From Craspedostauros australis (taxonomy: Eukaryota): DNA of 33,013 bases. The translations under genes were made by a program, and so were the position numbers. Below the pieces are notes generated by a model. That model worked only from the letters and a program-made list of their open reading frames with translations, was not told the DNA's origin and did no database searches. This document shows positions 29,536 through 33,013 of this stretch, piece by piece (the stretch's first letter is position 1; each line of letters begins with the position of its first letter). Where the stretch lies: positions 1 to 33,013 of the forward strand of contig JALAGF010004691.1 of assembly GCA_030167865.1 (NCBI GenBank). The letters are read 5' to 3'.

Positions 29536-32124
29536 ATGGAGACAGAAGAAGAATACGGTGTCGTCCGAAAGGAGATTCCCGGTTCCTGGAAGTATGAGGT
29601 GGGTTCTGCTCTTCTGTATTGGTGTGCGAAGTCATGCACCACCGTGATGTTACTGATAGTGATGGGAAGCGGCCTCATGCTTGGGATTCCCGCGCACTGA
29701 TGTTCTCAAACACACACAAACACACACACACTCTCTCTTGCTTCCTCAAGCTGCAGAGAGTGCCAGATATGTACTATTCTATAATAGAATAATAGTATTC
29801 TACACAAGACAGAACAAGAGGAGAAAACAGACGAGGATAGAACTCGATGCTTTGGGCCTCCTTGTCACGTCGGCTTTCGTTTCTTCATCATGCATCATGC
29901 ATCATGTCAAATACTCACCTTGCTTGTGTTGCCATCCGCTTTCTCGACTCGACTCGACGCTGCTTTACGTATGTGATGCGATCACACCATACTAATACTC
30001 GTGCAGGGACCGCTTCCAATCAGCAAGGGCGAAGACCCGTTCGCAATGCCACCGCTGTCAGGAGCCAAGTCCATCGACCTCGGCAGCTACGAACGCCAGC
30101 GCAACGTCACCAACCTCGATGACCATCCCGACGGGCGCGCGCACTTCAACGTCGGTCTGCGATCGATGCTGAGCTACCAGCACGAGATGGCCGCCAAGCA
30201 TTTCCTGGCCTGCCTCCACTTTTCACCGCACTGCGCCTTAGCGCATGGTTTCATCGCGCTGTGCCATTCTCCGAACTACAACTTCAAGGGCGAAGCCTAC
30301 TACGTTTCCACGCATCACCCCGAGGACGTCATGCACCATGATCTGCTGTGCGTCTTTCCCAGCCAGCAGATCGCCGATCGCCATTCGCAGCTGGCCATTC
30401 AGAAGATTGATGAATTGCGTCGTTTGCACAAGTCGGCGTCATCGGGATCATCATCGACCTCCGCCAACGGCAAGAGGAATGGGAAGCGAGGGAAGGGTGG
30501 TAAGAACAAATCCAAGGGAAAGAACAAGCAGAAGCAGCAGACACAAAATCAGCAACAGCAGCAGTTAACGGTACAAGGCGAGTCCAAAATGAATGGGGTC
30601 GAACATACCAGCACCAATGGAACAGACGCAGCTGCATCCGCAACAACGTCAACAGCAGCAGCAACAGCGGCGCAGGCAGCACCAATGACGAACGGAACAG
30701 CGAACCAACCGGCACGGTCCGCACTCATATCCGACGTCGAAGTTCAATTGCTCACCGCCATCCGCACCCTCACGTGCAACCCTGGCCTCAACCACGAATT
30801 ATCTGAGGACATCGTCGGCCGACCCTACGCCGACATGATGAGACGCCTGTACAAGAAGTACCCGGATGATCCCGAGATCGCCTACTGCTTCGCGGAAGCC
30901 CTCATGGTCCTCAACGCATGGCAGCTGTACGAATACCCCACGGGCAAGCCGGTGGGACCGGACGTCGAGGAAACGCGACAGGTGCTCATCACGGCTCTGA
31001 AGCAGCATCCCACCCATGCCGGTCTGTGCCACATGTACGTCCATCTCTCGGAAATGTCGGCGAACCCTAGCCAAGCTTTGGAGGCCTGCCTGCCGCTGCG
31101 AGATCACTTTCCCGATGCCGGGCACTTGATCCACATGCCAACCCACATCGACGTGCTGGTCGGTGACTACGAGAATTGCGTGAGGTCCAATTGCAACGCG
31201 ATCCTGGCTGACGAGCGCATCATGCGGAACAGTCCCGGCACGGCGGGCGGCGAATCGTTTTACTTCGGATACATCGTGCACGATTACCACATGGTGGTCT
31301 ACGGTTCCATCCTGGGCGGTTACGAAAGCAAGGGCATGGAGGTGGCGCGGCGGTTGAACCAGATGATCAACGAGGAGATGTTCCAGCAGTACCCAGCGCT
31401 GACATCGTACCTGGAGGCCTATTCCGCGTTGGAGATACACCTGCTGGTCCGCTTCGGTCGCTGGGAGGAGCTCATCGCCATGGAACCGCCCAAGAATCAG
31501 CGTCTCATGCTGTTCCGCGCCTGCTCATTGCGCTTCGGGCAGTGCCTCGCGCATGCCAGCATGGGCAACGTGGACGAGGCCAAGCGGTTGCTCAAGCATC
31601 TGGACAGCCTGCGGGGGGATCCGGAATCGGAGCACCGCATCTTGCACAACAACACTGTGGGGAGCCTTTTTGCCGTGGATGCCACCATGGCGCGTGGCGA
31701 GATCGCGTATCGGGAAGGCAAGTACGATGAGGCCTTCAAGTGCCTGCGCAAGGCCGTCCGCATGCAGGATGAGTTGAACTACGATGAGCCGTGGGGGAAG
31801 ATGCAACCGATTCGGCACGCCTTGGGCGGACTCTTGCTGGAACAGGACCATCTCGACGAATCCGAGGCGGTCTTTCGCAAGGATCTTGAGTATCATCCGA
31901 AAAATCCATGGGCGATGGCCGGTTTGATCAGCTGCCTGAAACGCAAGTGTGGAAGAAACTGTTGCGGTGGTTGTGGCGATAGCAGTAGCAACGGTGGCGA
32001 AAGCGATAGCAAGGATATGGAGGCGGAAGTGGTGGAACTGGAGGCGCTGTACAAGGCTCAGCGTGATTCTGAGTGGGCCGACTATCCTGTCACGGTCGCT
32101 TGCGCCTGTTGCGCTCCACGCTGA
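29536..32124 (+). CDS. TPR-repeat protein of uncharacterised His-motif type (predicted exons 29536-29598 and 30007-32124)
   Basis: Motifs IDLGSY, HFNVGL..YQHEMA, SPNYN, HAGLCHMYVHLSEMS, PDAGHLIHMPTHID, LNYDEPWGKMQPIRHALGGLLLEQ. Exon 1 (METEEEYG..WKYE|GTGGGT) is inferred to splice in phase 0 to CTAAT..GTGCAG|GGA; alternative start is the ATG at 30046. Confidence 0.8.
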
Positions 32125-33013
32125 CGGAGGCACGCAAGAAGGTTGCAACCACGGCAGGACTACGCGCTTCCGTCGTCGTGACACGGCACGCCACCATACT
32201 CTGCTCTGCATGAACTGAAACTCTCAACTGGGCAACAATACAAAAATGCAATATTATTTACCCACGGATCTGCGCAGGTACTCATACCAGTAGCACTCCT
32301 CTGTATTTAGCTGTTCGTACTGTGAGTAGTTGCACTCGTGGAGCAGCCCAGTGAAGAATCTCGTGACGGCCAAGCACTTTGATTTGATTCGATTTGGTTT
32401 CTGTAATGCCATGCAGTGGCCAGATCCTTGGCGTGCACCACACATGGTGCACTCTCATGTTGAGCACCATACCTGTGTGTGGGAGCGTATTCGTGAGGAC
32501 AAGAGAGCACACTCGTGCTCGAAACAACCATCACGCATGGTCTCTGTCCAGGTTGTTGCCCTTTTGCGAGATGGCTCACTCTATGTGCGCATTGGTAGTC
32601 GTACACATGAAGTGGTATTGCATGATACATGAGACTCCAGCGTATTATATTGTGTAATAATGTCAGTATGGTACCAAGGACTGAAACTACAGAGCATCCT
32701 CGGGTACCATACTCGTACTAAGAGTGCTGCTCGTACCATGCCTTCATCCCGCATACGAGCACGCATCATGAAGAGAGCGCTGTGACATCGCGTACGAGCA
32801 TACTTGTATGCGGAAGGAATAGAGGAGCGCGACTTTGACCTACAAAGTAAGTGAATTGTTTGTGTATTGGATTAGATTTAATACTAATATATCATGAAGG
32901 ATAGGGCCATCGATCATGATTCAAAATGTACTGGCGTGATTTCAGTTTCGAGCGTTGATCGCCCTCTCTTTTGGGTTGCAACGGGGCCGGCCGTTGGTGG
33001 TTGCACCTAGTCT

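Noticed and set aside
32892-32904. TCATGAAGGATAG resembling the TIR of the 2188-2801 element
   Set aside because: Lacks the GGG terminus and has no partner end nearby; likely chance.

Overview
Eukaryotic nuclear DNA, most consistent with a diatom: spliceosomal GT-AG introns, ASAFAP-type bipartite plastid presequences and a nucleus-encoded plastid L10. About ten protein-coding loci are supportable, in order: a tandem pair of ZIP/ZupT-type metal transporters (copy 1 has an in-frame TAA and no visible exon 1; copy 2 is intact, two exons, His-rich loop), separated by a 614-bp TIR-bounded candidate non-autonomous transposon; a large intronless ER protein fusing an OS-9-type MRH lectin domain to an EDEM-type GH47 alpha-1,2-mannosidase and a PA domain, head-to-head with GnT I (MGAT1); a plastid-targeted SlyD/FKBP PPIase-MsrA fusion; plastid ribosomal L10; an expanded RBBP5/Swd1 with a K-x-A-x-S/P pentapeptide array; an NAD(P)H-binding atypical SDR; two unknown membrane proteins; and a His/Cys-rich TPR protein. 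The most notable signals are the MRH-EDEM-PA fusion beside GnT I and the SlyD-MsrA fusion. All calls come from motif recognition by eye; no searches were run.
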